Of a stretch of 64,000 nt of DNA, positions 10,082-21,441 are shown one piece after another. The translations under genes were made by a program, and so were the position numbers. The stretch covers positions 1,952,001 through 2,016,000 of the forward strand of contig OY970393.1 of the NCBI GenBank assembly GCA_963720465.1, given 5' to 3'. The stretch's first letter is position 1, and every line of letters begins with the position of its first letter. This DNA is from Methanobacteriota archaeon. GTDB taxonomy: Archaea; Halobacteriota; Bog-38; Methanoflorentales; Methanoflorentaceae. Under the pieces are notes generated by a model. The model had not been told where the DNA came from and searched no databases. It saw only the letters and a list, made by a program, of their open reading frames with translations.

Positions 10082-12214
10082 ATGACTTACAAAAAGCTTG
10101 CTGCGATCCTCCTCATCGCTTTAATAGCGCTTTCGGTGAGCGGAGCCATCATCCAGCAAAGTAGCTCCGCGGCCGCTTCCTCGATAAATGCGACAGGCGC
10201 GCTAAATACGTGGAGCCAAGCGCCGATAAATCCCGCATTCGCTCAGTATCTGAAGAATCAAGCGGCGGGAAACGCGACGACCACCGTGAGCGGGCACCAG
10301 GAAAGCCTAGTCCCGTCGACTATTAATTTCTCCACCCTTGCAGGCCAGAGTGTGCGCGCGGCGGCCGTTCCCCTCGTTGGATATCCATCGTCCTATGATC
10401 TGCGCGCGCTCGGCAAAGTCAGCCCCGTGGAGAGTCAGGGCACTGCACCTGCGTGCTGGACGTTTGCCACATACGGCTCGCTTGAGTCGTATCTACTCCC
10501 GGGAACGAAGGCAAGCTTCTCAGAGAATAACATGAAGAACTTGGCCGGATTCGATCTGACGTGCGAAGATGGAGGAAATCAGCAGATGGCGACAGCGTAC
10601 CTCGCCCGGTGGGGCGGTAGTGCGCAGAGCGGCCCGGTTACTACCGCGTGCGATCCGTTCAACCAGAATTCGTGCACCGATACGTCGTTGTGCTCCGTGC
10701 AACAGCACGTCCAAAACGTGCTCTTTCTGCCATACAGAGCTAACCCAACCGATAACAGCAACATAAAATGGGCACTGCAGAATTATGGCGGCGTTTATGC
10801 CGTCATGTGGTTCGACCCGTCCACGAGCTCGAACTATAACTCAAATACCGCGGCTTACTACTACAGTGGCAGCACCGCTCCCGATCACGCCGTGACTATC
10901 GTCGGTTGGAATGATTCCTACCCCGCCAGTAACTTCGCCAGCCGCCCGCCGGGGCCGGGCGCCTTTATCGTAAAAAACAGTTGGGGCACTTCTTTTGGAA
11001 AATCCGGTTTCTTCTACGTTTCTTACTACGACACTCAGTTCGCCACGAATTCTCAACCGCCCACGGTCTTCACTGCTGAACCAACAACGAACTACAACAC
11101 CAATTATCAATATGATTCGTTAGGGTGGGTGACTAATATCGGTAGTACTAATATCGGTAGTCTCTCCTCCAATACGGCATGGGGCGCGAACGTATTTACC
11201 GCCACGTCTAACCAGCGACTGTCCGCTGTCAGTTTCTACGCTGGTTCAGTGAATACGAATTATCAGATATACGTGTATACCAATCCGACCTCGGGTCCCA
11301 TTGGCGGCACTGCGTACACTGGCCCTAACGGCACGATCGCCACGCCCGGCTACTATACCCTCCCGCTTAATACGACCGTCCCGCTGACGGCAGGTCAGAA
11401 GTTTTCCGTTGTCATAAAGATTACCACCCCTGGAAGCAACTACCCCATCCCCGTGGAATCTACTCTACAGGGCTACAGCTCGGCAACGGGGCAACCAGGA
11501 CAGGGCTACTTGAGTGCAACTGGGAGCTCGTGGACGGATGCAACGCGGGTCAGCGCGAATATGAGTATCTGCATAAAGGCGTTTACGATGAAGCCCCAGA
11601 CCAGCGTCACCATCACCCCGTCCACCACCACCGCCACCGTCAACCAACCGGTCAATTTCACCGCCACCCTCAAGAACGGCACAGCCCCCCTCCCGTCTGA
11701 GTCCGTCACCATCTACCACTATCTCAACGGCGTCCGCTACAACGACACCACCAAGACCACCAACGCCATCGGCCAGATCACCCTCACCACGAGCTTTGGC
11801 TCCCCCGGCACACGCACCTACTACGCCACCTTCGCCGGCGACAGCTCCTATAAAGCATCGACAAGCAGCGTCGTCACCGTCAACGTCACCGCCCGGACCA
11901 ATGTCACTCTCGCTGCGTCTCCCACCACCCCCGCCGTGAATCAGTCCGTCACCTTCACCGCAACGCTCTCGTGGTGGAACCCCGCAACCGGCAAATGGAT
12001 CGTCGTCGCGACGAGCGGCAAGCCGATACAGATCTGGCACACCCTCAACGGCATCCGCTACAACGACACAACGACATACACCAACGCGAGCGGCACGGCT
12101 ACGTTCACACAGAAGTTTGCGTCAGCCGGCACACGCACCTACTACGCCACCTTCGCCGGCGACACATGGTATAATGTGTCGACGAGCGCGGTCGTGACGA
12201 TAAGCGTGCATTAG
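10082..12214 (+). CDS. Secreted papain-family (C1A) cysteine peptidase with lectin-like domain and two C-terminal Ig-like repeats
   Basis: QG..ACWTFA, HAVTIVGW and KNSWG catalytic motifs; NYQYD..GW lectin-like start; two GTRTYYATFAGD repeats. Confidence 0.92.
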   Translation: MTYKKLAAILLIALIALSVSGAIIQQSSSAAASSINATGALNTWSQAPINPAFAQYLKNQAAGNATTTVSGHQESLVPSTINFSTLAGQSVRAAAVPLVGYPSSYDLRALGKVSPVESQGTAPACWTFATYGSLESYLLPGTKASFSENNMKNLAGFDLTCEDGGNQQMATAYLARWGGSAQSGPVTTACDPFNQNSCTDTSLCSVQQHVQNVLFLPYRANPTDNSNIKWALQNYGGVYAVMWFDPSTSSNYNSNTAAYYYSGSTAPDHAVTIVGWNDSYPASNFASRPPGPGAFIVKNSWGTSFGKSGFFYVSYYDTQFATNSQPPTVFTAEPTTNYNTNYQYDSLGWVTNIGSTNIGSLSSNTAWGANVFTATSNQRLSAVSFYAGSVNTNYQIYVYTNPTSGPIGGTAYTGPNGTIATPGYYTLPLNTTVPLTAGQKFSVVIKITTPGSNYPIPVESTLQGYSSATGQPGQGYLSATGSSWTDATRVSANMSICIKAFTMKPQTSVTITPSTTTATVNQPVNFTATLKNGTAPLPSESVTIYHYLNGVRYNDTTKTTNAIGQITLTTSFGSPGTRTYYATFAGDSSYKASTSSVVTVNVTARTNVTLAASPTTPAVNQSVTFTATLSWWNPATGKWIVVATSGKPIQIWHTLNGIRYNDTTTYTNASGTATFTQKFASAGTRTYYATFAGDTWYNVSTSAVVTISVH
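11132..11161 (+). repeat. 15-bp in-frame tandem duplication (TNIGS x2)
   Basis: ACTAATATCGGTAGT repeated twice. Confidence 0.85.
11805..12164 (+). repeat. 39-bp exact repeat (11805-11843 and 12126-12164) between the Ig-like domains
   Basis: CCGGCACACGCACCTACTACGCCACCTTCGCCGGCGACA occurs twice. Confidence 0.85.
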
Positions 12215-12393
12215 CCTATCGATCCCCATCCACTTATTCACCGAGAAGAGTTCAAGCAGCCCTGGGTCTGTTTTTTTTTGACGAGTCGTGATTCTGACCC
12301 TATCTAAACAATCACTTGGGCGGGCCGCATGAACTTAGGTAAACAAAAAAAGCGGCCGGAGCTTACGTGGTCAAAAATTAGTAGTGATGGCCC

Positions 12394-12654
12394 TTAGACA
12401 ACAATCCCGAGCACGAACAATAGTATTACAAGCAACGCTCCGGGTATCCCCGCCAAGGCGCAAATAATTATGGTAATCAGGTTTATGGGTACAGGAAGTC
12501 CAACGAAATTCGCCAAAAGTAGAACGATGATACCGAGTATCGAATTCACTGCCAAGTACTTCCCATATCTGGCCCCCAGCTTGACGAGAAGGTACAGCAC
12601 GATCAGGACCAGAATAGCTACGACGAGCAATCCTATCGCACTAGTGACGTCCAT
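12394..12654 (-). CDS. Pro-sigmaK processing inhibitor BofA-family membrane protein
   Basis: 86 aa, three TM segments, NSILG...PIN..TI...LAGIPG signature. Confidence 0.8.
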   Translation of the reverse strand: MDVTSAIGLLVVAILVLIVLYLLVKLGARYGKYLAVNSILGIIVLLLANFVGLPVPINLITIIICALAGIPGALLVILLFVLGIVV

Positions 12655-12886
12655 CAGGCCAACTTACGTAGTCGGAGAGAAATAGTTTTCGATCTCGGCT
12701 TTTTGGTTGAAAGATGGGCTGGCGTTAGATTGGATTCAGCGATTGCTATTTAGGCAGCGTGGGAATCGAGGCAGACCGAACGTTACCCGCTGGTTCTTAC
12801 GCAAGGCAGTGTATTGACATCCGTCCCGTCGCACGTTGACGCCGCGAGTTGCCCGCGACCACTGGGCGTTGAATATCACCTAGCAA

Positions 12887-13521
12887 TTAAATGTTTATGA
12901 AACTAGCGTAAACAAAACCTAGCCCAAGTATGGACAAGAAGACGCCACAGCTTATGAGAACAAATTGATAGGTGTCACCAGCAATGGCGGCCCCTCTGTC
13001 TGCAGAGATGGAAACGAATCCGTACCACGAGAAATCCGAGGCCCAGTGACCAATGAGAAGCGCAGTCAGCCCAACCAATCCGGCGAGTCTGAGACCCTCG
13101 AACACAAACGCCGCTCCGACCGTAAACCACCACATGAAGAAGAACGGATTCGACAAGCTGGTTATTATGCCGTTGTAAATAGGCCCGTATGCAAGCGTCG
13201 GTTTTTCGGCAGTCGTCTGGATGGAGGTCTTCCCTTGGCCGCTCTTTATCAAATTGATGCCCATGGGCACAAGAAATGCTCCGCCAATAACGCAAATTGC
13301 AATAAATGAGGCTTTCAGTCCTATGATCTGGCTGAGGCCTAGACCGAGCAGCACGACTATATTGGTCTCAGCTACTACGTGACCGAAAACCACACTCGTT
13401 CCGGCCTTGTAACCCTTTTTGAATGATTCGGTTATTGAGACCGTAAGCATTGGGCCTGGCACGATAGCGCCAGAAAAACCTACCAGAAACGCTGTGAAAC
13501 CAAACCTAGAAGTTCAACTAT
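12887..13521 (-). CDS. LysE-family translocator; 5' end frameshifted
   Basis: GFSGAIVPGP, GH...E and SLSNPFF..WW motifs. The PGP frame is closed upstream by TGA; the IVELLG N-terminus lies in another frame (break near 13502), starting at ATA after an AGGTGG RBS. Confidence 0.75.
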
Positions 13522-13795
13522 CGTCTAGACCACCTATCTAGCGTTTTCCGACCTTCTGCCCTCGTAGCGTTTTTTCGAAGCGCGGAAGCGCATAGTAGTT
13601 GGCTTTATACAGCCTGTGCAATTCTTGCTTTGCTCGGCTATAGGTTCGTCGCACGCAACCCCGCACGCAAATTCTCGGAATCTGCAGGGTTGGCTCTTGT
13701 CATGAAAGGGTTAACAAGCGATGGCACGTCTCGTGACACTGAACAGAACAAGACACAGACGCAAGTTGCTGATCAAAGTCGAGTTGCTTCCGTTT

Positions 13796-14338
13796 TTAAT
13801 TAGTAGCCGTGAAGTACGGCTTGTCGGCAGGGACACGAGAACCTTCAAGGCCAAAGAATTCGTACTTTGAGGTGACATATAAGTGCTCCGCCTTTTGCGG
13901 CTCACCTCGTGTCGCAACAACTTCTCCGACAAACACAGTATGGTCGCCTGTCTCGAACTGCCCGACTACTTTACATTCATGTGCAACGGTCGCTCCTTCA
14001 ATCGTTGGCACCTGGACCACACCAGAGTCGATCAATGAGAGCCCCGCCTCTTTTATCTTATCGATATCTCGTCCCGATCTCGTGCCGCAAAACCACGCGG
14101 CTTCCGCCTGTTCCGCACTTGGATAGTGCACCACAAACTCCTTGTGAAAGTCAATTCCCGCATGCGAATAGCGCGAATGATCAATGGAGATCATCAGCAA
14201 GAAAGGGTCAAGTGACGTGCGCGTCACCCAAGATACGCCGAGTGCGTTCGGTCTTCCGTTTGTGTCCAGCGACGTTACCAGGCTGTAGATCATTGGCGCA
14301 GCGAGCGCAACGCCCTGATTAGGGGTCAATGTTTGCAT
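13796..14338 (-). CDS. Flavin reductase-like FMN-binding protein (flavoredoxin family)
   Basis: CGTRSGRDIDK, ECKV and GDHTVFVGEV motifs. Confidence 0.88.
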   Translation of the reverse strand: MQTLTPNQGVALAAPMIYSLVTSLDTNGRPNALGVSWVTRTSLDPFLLMISIDHSRYSHAGIDFHKEFVVHYPSAEQAEAAWFCGTRSGRDIDKIKEAGLSLIDSGVVQVPTIEGATVAHECKVVGQFETGDHTVFVGEVVATRGEPQKAEHLYVTSKYEFFGLEGSRVPADKPYFTATN

Positions 14339-14768
14339 GCTTTAACTCCTCAGGGTGAACATGTCGTCTCTGACTTATGAGGTCTTCCGTCTAGGATGGA
14401 GCTCTCGGCGTCCACTACAACGTATGAACAGCTTGAATGGTTCTCACAAACCTCGATCTGCTCGAGCACGACGCGGGCGATTAGCACCCGTCAGCGGTTT
14501 GACTGCTAGATCTGCAGCTACTCGGCACTGAATCACGAGGCAAGGTACGCCGACTCAATCTTTGCCGAGTGGATCGTGGCTAGAGATGCTTGAACGGACG
14601 TTGCCAGCTAGTTCCACAAGCGGCGCACGCTCTCCAGGACAACGCACGAGCAAAGAGGCGCGCGCTGCGTTCTCTATTTGATTCAACATGACGAGTCCGA
14701 CAACTGGTGATCCTGAGAAGAGGAAAATGATAATTATTTACAGCGCTCAAGAAGACGCGGTGATTTGA

Positions 14769-14990
14769 GTGAACGTTCCCGACACGCTTGACAACGCAAA
14801 CCTGTGTCTCTGTCCGAGTTGTCCGACGCGAAACGAGTGCATGAAGCGCCAGGAGCAGAGGTTGTTCTGTGCGCGCGGAAAAACAGACTGTGATTTTGCG
14901 CGTAAAGGGTGTTTCTGTGGCGGATGTCCGTTAGAAAACGAATACCAGTTTTCTGGACTCTATTTCTGCGAATCAGGTGCGGTCCAATAG
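14769..14990 (+). CDS. DUF2769-type small Cys-rich protein
   Basis: CLCPSCPT..C..LFCARGKTDC....GCFCGGCP...Y......FC..G pattern. Confidence 0.8.
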   Translation: MNVPDTLDNANLCLCPSCPTRNECMKRQEQRLFCARGKTDCDFARKGCFCGGCPLENEYQFSGLYFCESGAVQ

Positions 14991-15095
14991 GTACCTTTTA
15001 AGCAGCTACCGCCTCTGACAGGTCTCAACCGGCCCGCGTGAGCGGTCGGCGTGCTGCACAGCGCCCTGCAGTTTGACAGCTTAGAAAATAGGACG

Positions 15096-15746
15096 CTATA
15101 CCCAGTCACTCATCGCGGATTGAAAATCAGTTGTGAAACCAGTGTGCGCAGTGACCATCAGAGATATGTTCTTGAGTTGTGCCAACTTTTTTACTGATTC
15201 GGTTTGTGTCGCAATGTCCATGTGTATCATATCTCCCAGGTGCAGCCTTGAGAAGGGACGAACCTTCCCGTCTTTTAGAGCTAGCGTATCGCCAACAAAC
15301 AGAATGGAATCATTGACCAGGTAGGACATTGAGCCTGGAGTGTGGCCCGGAGTTGCTAGCGCCTCTATTTTCGTCTGTCCCGCCTGGACAATATCCCGGT
15401 TTTTGAGCAGTGTGTAGCTTTTCTTAAGCGGTGGATTGTACACGAAGCCTAAGAACCGCGGCGTGGTTCTATTAACCATCTGCTCTTCATCGATCGACAA
15501 GTACACGTCGGCATTTTTGAATAGATTCAGGCCGCCCACATGGTCGCGGTCGGTATGGGTGAGAAACACGTACTTCACGTGCTCAGGCTTGAAACCAAGC
15601 GCATCAAACTCTCGCTTGACGGGCCCCTCACTAATGCCCGTGTCGAAGCAGATTGGCGAATCATCTGTCGTGTACACGAACATACTGACTGACCTCGATT
15701 TGACCTCATACACGTTATCGGCGATCCACATTACTAACAATCCCAT
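15096..15746 (-). CDS. MBL-fold metallo-hydrolase
   Basis: THTDRDHVGG, TPGHTPGS, FVGD and TAHTG motifs. Confidence 0.88.
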   Translation of the reverse strand: MGLLVMWIADNVYEVKSRSVSMFVYTTDDSPICFDTGISEGPVKREFDALGFKPEHVKYVFLTHTDRDHVGGLNLFKNADVYLSIDEEQMVNRTTPRFLGFVYNPPLKKSYTLLKNRDIVQAGQTKIEALATPGHTPGSMSYLVNDSILFVGDTLALKDGKVRPFSRLHLGDMIHMDIATQTESVKKLAQLKNISLMVTAHTGFTTDFQSAMSDWV

Positions 15747-16175
15747 ATTTTTAGTCGTTTTTGCACGAATTTGTGAGATGGTTCTCGCTATATATCCTTA
15801 TGTGCACCCACTAACAATCGGACAGCAGGTCTAGCAGTCAATGAAACGTTCGGTCGGAGAGCACAATATTCCGACACCCTATGTGAATGGCTCACCTCTC
15901 GATGCAACTGCCGCAGTCGCACGCGCATTCAGATCGTGCGCGAAAACTCGCAGACGTTGGACACGGCGCCGGGCGTTATTCTGCTATTGAATGTACTCAC
16001 GAGCCTGAAGGAAATTCGGGCGACACGGCGATACCGTTCGAAGGGGAACTCATCTTATCGGGCGTAGAAGCTCAGCGTCAATGGGGTTCTGCTCCTATCT
16101 GAGCTCTCGCGACACGCACACGCGAATGATGAGACACAATGCCGTATTAATACTCGTGAGTGAAACCTATCACTT

Positions 16176-16838
16176 ATGACGCACGTTTCACCCTTCACCA
16201 ACCAGGACAATGCGATCCTTGACCGAATTCTCGAATCACGGCGTTCAGTGAGGTCGTTCGCGCCAGATATTCCTCGAAAAGAGGATATTGTGAGAATCAT
16301 ACGGGCAGGATTGCTCGCTCCATATGCGGCGCAGGCCGTTGCTGGACAGGACTTCCGGCGATTTTTTGTGTTCCAAGAGGGGAGCCCCCAACTTGCACAC
16401 GTCGCCGAGCTTGGGAAGCGCCAGGCGAAGTTCATGGCGCAACAGCTGCGCGATGAACTGGCGGCTAATCCATCATTGGAAGACCAAGCCCGGGGGTTTG
16501 TAACAAGACTGGAGCAACTCGCAGAGATGGGTGTACCAGGTATCGGTACCGCTCCCTACTACATCGTCGTGGCAGAACGAAGAGGCATCCCACCTGCCGA
16601 GCAGCAATCACTCGCTCACTGTCTGGAGAACATGTGGCTGAAGGCAACCGCTCTGGGCCTGGGATTTCAGCTCGTGTCAGTGACTGCTCAGATGGGACAG
16701 GAGAGGGAGTTCTGTTCAGTGCTAGGCATACCACACAGCGAATTTGGAACCAACGGATGTGCGATTGGCTATCCAATGAAGCGCTTCCCAGCTGTCGAGC
16801 GTCCCGATGCTCGCGAAGTAACCAAATGGATCGACTGA
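16176..16838 (+). CDS. Nitroreductase-family protein
   Basis: RRSVRSF, LAP, ENMWLKATALGLG and IGYP motifs. Confidence 0.88.
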   Translation: MTHVSPFTNQDNAILDRILESRRSVRSFAPDIPRKEDIVRIIRAGLLAPYAAQAVAGQDFRRFFVFQEGSPQLAHVAELGKRQAKFMAQQLRDELAANPSLEDQARGFVTRLEQLAEMGVPGIGTAPYYIVVAERRGIPPAEQQSLAHCLENMWLKATALGLGFQLVSVTAQMGQEREFCSVLGIPHSEFGTNGCAIGYPMKRFPAVERPDAREVTKWID

Positions 16839-17427
16839 CTTTGAACACTTCAGCTCCGTTAAAGTCATCTCGCTTAGATCGGTGTGTGCATAATCGTACA
16901 ATAAGTGCTCGCAGTTCTGATATTCCGAGATGATACGATGGAGGAAGTGTGTTAGAGTCTGAGATATCTCAGTCGTCTAACCTCCACCTGATAGCCAGAG
17001 GCTTGCGAACGTAACGCTAGGAATGGCAGTTGCCTCTGTGATCTGCATCTAGCGATTGACCAGGGGCCGCTCGTTCTGAATGCGTCTAGATTAATGATGC
17101 GGTCAACAAGTCTGTATTACGGAAGACGAAAGAATCAGTCATTCACTGCGCCACGCATCGTCATTGAAGGTCGCGCCAACAACGTCGTGCACATCGCGTT
17201 GAGTCGCGTCAAAGAAGACCCACCCGAGACGATCTTCGCCGTCAAGCTCAAAGCCTCTCCCGGACCCCCTTAGCTTAAACGGCTTATCCGACAAAGATAG
17301 ATATATAAATCAAACCTCACAGAAGGAAGTCGATTCGTCTGCGCGCGCTGCGGCTGCGAGAGGCACGAGTAAGACAAACCTTAGCGATTGTCCGCGAAAA
17401 TGGGTCGGTTCGACTCAGGAGTTCGTA

Positions 17428-18155
17428 TGAAAGATGATGTCTGCATTCGCGACCTTGAAAAAGACTTTGGTGGCTTCAAAGCCGTAAACAAGCTGTCGCT
17501 CCGGGTTAAGCACGGCGAAATCTACGGGTTGCTAGGCCCAAACGGCGCCGGAAAAACGACCGTCATCAAAATCCTCTGCGGGTTGTTGCGGCCATCGTCA
17601 GGGGAAGCGTACGTGCTTGACATGAAGGTCCCCGATCCGCGCACTGCTTCGCGTATCGGCTATATGCCGCAGGAGTTGGCAATGTACCGGGGTTTGACCG
17701 TGCACGAAAACCTCGCGTTTTATGGCGAGGTGTTTGGGCTCAGCAAACAGCGGATTGATACACGCGAACAAGCGCTTCTCAAGCTTATCGATCTGCAAGC
17801 TTTCAGAGATACACTGGTCGATCAGTTGAGCGGCGGCATGCAGCAACGCACCTCGCTCGCCTGCGCTTTGCTCCACGAACCGCAACTCCTGTTTCTTGAT
17901 GAGCCGACGGTAGGCGTCGATCCCGACCTACGCGCGTCGTTCTGGCAGTACTTTGAGGAGCTGCGGGATTCGGGAATTACTATCCTAATCACTACCCACT
18001 ACATGGACGAGGCGCGCCATTGCGATCGCATTGGCTTTATGCGCGAAGGGCGCCTTATCGCCGAGGGCTCTCCTCAGGAGCTTCTCGAGTTGACGCACAC
18101 CGACTCGCTCGAGGACGCGTTTTTGTCGTATTCCCGGACTGGAGGATCCACATGA
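17428..18155 (+). CDS. ABC-2 type exporter ATP-binding subunit
   Basis: GPNGAGKT, LSGGMQQR, LFLDEP and TTHYM motifs; start at ATG behind AGGAG. Confidence 0.93.
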
Positions 18156-19282
18156 AGGTCTCGCGCGTGTTTGCGGTGACAAAGCGCGCGTTGCGGGACA
18201 TTAAGAACGATCGCCGCACCCGTGTCCTCATTTTTGTGGCCCCGCTACTCGTAATGATTCTCTTCGGCGTCGCGTTTACGGGCAACGTCAAGGACGTGCG
18301 GGTGATCGTGGTTAACAATGACACGGCAGCGGCGAGCAGCTCACTGTCAGATAAGATCATCTCAAATTTCGACACCAGCACTCTCAACGTTGCGTACTCG
18401 AACAGTGAGAGCGATGCCATAGGCCAGGTACAAAACGGGAGTGCATCTGCTGTTATCGCGTTTCCCTCGACCTTCACCCAATCAGTAGAGGCCCGGGCCG
18501 CGGGTCAAACGTCCATCCCGCAGGAGAACGTGACTGTTAGCATTCTCGCGGACAAGAGCAACGTTAACGTCGCCAACCCGATCATCGCGGCGGTCAACAA
18601 CGCGGTGGTGCAAACTACGCAGGGCCAAGGCCATCAGCCACCGGTCTCAGTTGACTCAAGCAACGCTATTTACGGCGCGAACGCGCAGTTCATCGATACC
18701 TTTGTGCCAGGCATCGTCTCGGTGGCTGTGTGGCAGATTACGATGCTTCTCACGCTCATCGCGTTCGTCGGTGAACGGACGTCAGGAACGCTCTCTCGGC
18801 TGCTTGCATCCCCGCTAAAGGAGAGCGAGCTGGTCGCGGGGTACGCTGTCGCGTTTGGTGCGATTGGCGCCGCCCAGTCTGCGGTGCTGCTTGCGGTTGC
18901 CGTGCTGCTGTTTCACATTACCATCGTTGGAAACGTTTTTCTGTCATTCGGGGTCATCGCGCTCCTTGCGATCGTGGCGGAGGGGCTCGGCATACTGCTC
19001 TCGAGCTTTGCACGACGGGAGGCCCAGGCAGTCCAGTTTTTGCCATTCGTTGTATTGCCTGCATTCCTCCTCTCTGGAGTTTTTTGGCCCATAGAAGCAA
19101 TCCCAGAGTGGCTGCAGCCCGTGTCGTACCTCCTTCCGACGACCTACGCGGTAGAGGCCGTGCGCTCTGTGAATTTGCGTGGATGGGGGCTCGATAAGAT
19201 ATACCCCGACGTTGTCGCATTGCTCATCTTCGCCGGCGTCTTTCTCGTCCTGGCGACGATCTTGTTGCGGCGAAGAGAGTAA
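18152..19282 (+). CDS. ABC-2 type exporter permease
   Basis: ERTSGTL.RL and LSGVFWP..P.WLQ..SY.LP.TY motifs; ATGA overlap with the ATPase stop. Confidence 0.92.
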   Translation: MKVSRVFAVTKRALRDIKNDRRTRVLIFVAPLLVMILFGVAFTGNVKDVRVIVVNNDTAAASSSLSDKIISNFDTSTLNVAYSNSESDAIGQVQNGSASAVIAFPSTFTQSVEARAAGQTSIPQENVTVSILADKSNVNVANPIIAAVNNAVVQTTQGQGHQPPVSVDSSNAIYGANAQFIDTFVPGIVSVAVWQITMLLTLIAFVGERTSGTLSRLLASPLKESELVAGYAVAFGAIGAAQSAVLLAVAVLLFHITIVGNVFLSFGVIALLAIVAEGLGILLSSFARREAQAVQFLPFVVLPAFLLSGVFWPIEAIPEWLQPVSYLLPTTYAVEAVRSVNLRGWGLDKIYPDVVALLIFAGVFLVLATILLRRRE

Positions 19283-19520
19283 GACGATGCGTTGGCTTCA
19301 TAGCTCTCTCTTTTTGTAGGAGTCCTTTCCGATTATGCACTTTGCGTCCGACTCTTCGTTCTTTTGGTTCGTTTTGGTAGTTGTTAGTCCGGCTGAGCTG
19401 TCTGGTTTGAGAGACAAATAGAATTAGAGGCACCGATCTACTGTGAATCGCCGCCTTGATGAGAACACGCGTCCCGTTTGAGTGCGGTGTCTCACTACTC
19501 GCCGCTTCCCGGCCGCACGG

Positions 19521-20171
19521 TCAAACCGATGCATTCAAGGGTGCGTAAAGGAGCAACACTCTGAGCGCAACCGCTGTCAGCACAAAACCGAGGATGGCCC
19601 CCGTGATCGCCTGCGCGACCGTATGCTTCTTGAGGTAGACCCTGCTCCAGATAACGGGCGGCAAGAGCAATCCGAGTAGCACGCCCCAATAACCGAAGAC
19701 GAATATGAGAACAGTCGTTGGTCCTGCGATGCCCATCGTGTGGATGCTGATCTTCCAGTACAGATTGATAAAGAAAAGGCAGAGCGTTCCAGCAAAATAG
19801 CCAAACATGAGGGCGGTCGTAAGCAGCGGCGCATGTGCGGCAATCAATACGACAGTCCCGATGAGGTATGATGTGCAGGCGAAGAGCAGCGGATGGCTCC
19901 TCTCTGTTCTCGCGGGAACGTCAAGGTCAAACTTCGCCTTCGTTCTCGTTTCCCAGATCAGCAACATGCTGAGGGGCACAATTGCCGCAAACAGTGTGGT
20001 GATACACGTGACCGCGACAAACGGAAATCCCCGCAACAAGGAATAGTTAATGAGTGAGAACATGAGCACAGCAATGACTGGAGGGATCGTCATATCCGAG
20101 ACGAAGGAAGCCCATTTACGTTTATTACTATCTCCGTCCGAGACGCGACTGTTTTGCATCCGCCCCCCCAT
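19521..20171 (-). CDS. PAP2-like integral membrane protein
   Basis: Multiple TMs; KISIH and WSRVYLKKHT..Q motifs. Confidence 0.75.
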   Translation of the reverse strand: MGGRMQNSRVSDGDSNKRKWASFVSDMTIPPVIAVLMFSLINYSLLRGFPFVAVTCITTLFAAIVPLSMLLIWETRTKAKFDLDVPARTERSHPLLFACTSYLIGTVVLIAAHAPLLTTALMFGYFAGTLCLFFINLYWKISIHTMGIAGPTTVLIFVFGYWGVLLGLLLPPVIWSRVYLKKHTVAQAITGAILGFVLTAVALRVLLLYAPLNASV

Positions 20172-20502
20172 AAACGCTGCAGTGGTATAACGCTTCTGTT
20201 TTTTTTAGCTCCGTTCTGCGTAGTGGAAGGGCCCCATCCATATTCAGCGCGCGGTCGCCGCTCTCGTTTGTTGCTTTGGTCTCTCTCGCACCGGCGACGA
20301 TATGTTCCGAAGGAAAGAGCAGGGCTTTTTCTGGCTTGTTCGGGGGTTCTCTTTTTTTACGAAGCTAGTCTCCTGCGACGCGTCAACGACTTGGTGCAAC
20401 GAATACATCTTGAAAAGAAAGAAAAGGCCCAGCATCGTATCAGCGGAGCGAGGCTAGCATATTGTATATAGGTTGAAGAAGAACGCCCATGCGGTTGAAC
20501 GA

Positions 20503-21174
20503 ATGGTTAAGCTCACCGAGTATAGCGCAACAAACCTTTTCGCCGAAGCTCACGTTGACCCGGAAAAGTGGAATCTACTGCCGCCCGACAACGAAGTGGC
20601 CCAGACGGTCGAAGCAATAGCGCTGCGCGGTATAGCGGTAGTTCGCGCAAAAAATGGAGAAATCGCCCTCGAAATATTAAAAGACCTGATTCCGCCAGAG
20701 GCAGAAGTGATGTACGGCTCGTCGACTACCTTGGCCGAGATTGGCTACGATGAATATGTGAATAGTGACGAATCACAATGGAACGATCTTCATCGCGCTA
20801 TCATTGCCGAAAATGACGAAGAAAAGAGACGTGCGCTAAGAAGGAAATCTGTGACGGCTGATTATTTCATCTCGGGAGCCAATGCCATCGCGCAGTCAGG
20901 CGAAATTATTGCGTGCGACAAGGTAGGGAGCCGGGTCGGAGCGTGGCCCTATGCGGCAGCTCACCTAATAATCGTGAGCGGCACTAACAAGATCGCCCCC
21001 ACGCTTGACCTCGCCTTACGCCGCGTCTGGGAGTATGCTTGCCCTCTAGAAAATGCCCGCGCACAGAGGGCATATGGGGCCTCGAGTGAGATCGGAAAAT
21101 GTGTCATTCTCGCGAAAGAGGAAATTGAGGGCAGAGTGACCCTGATTCTCATCGATGAGCCTTTAGGGTACTGA
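20503..21174 (+). CDS. LUD-domain (LutC/YkgG-like) protein
   Basis: GSSTTL.EIG, ADYFISGANAI...G, GSRV and GTNKI motifs; exact start uncertain. Confidence 0.82.
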   Translation: MVKLTEYSATNLFAEAHVDPEKWNLLPPDNEVAQTVEAIALRGIAVVRAKNGEIALEILKDLIPPEAEVMYGSSTTLAEIGYDEYVNSDESQWNDLHRAIIAENDEEKRRALRRKSVTADYFISGANAIAQSGEIIACDKVGSRVGAWPYAAAHLIIVSGTNKIAPTLDLALRRVWEYACPLENARAQRAYGASSEIGKCVILAKEEIEGRVTLILIDEPLGY

Positions 21175-21441
21175 GTGCAAGCGAAAAAAGCCCCCCGACA
21201 CGTGCCCCAAACAAATGCCGGGTCTGACGATATTTCGTTGGCGGGTGCGTGTTCCAGCAATCATCCTTGTTGCACATTAGTGAGGTTACCGTAGGCAGAT
21301 CGATACGTTGTCTGGTTTTTGGAGACTTGCACGCGTGCCTCATATTGCTGGTGATCTTTTTTGCGCGCGCGAAGAAACGTCGGTAGGAAGACTTGCTAGC
21401 ACGGGAAGAATTATTTATAACAATCCGGCCGTGAAAAATAT

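Noticed and set aside
11465-12040. 191-aa Gly-rich antisense ORF
   Set aside because: Shadow of the C-ending codon bias in the Ig-like repeats
17094-17273. 59-aa ORF (MMRSTSLYYGRRKNQ...) below the track cutoff
   Set aside because: No RBS or recognisable motif; cannot be supported
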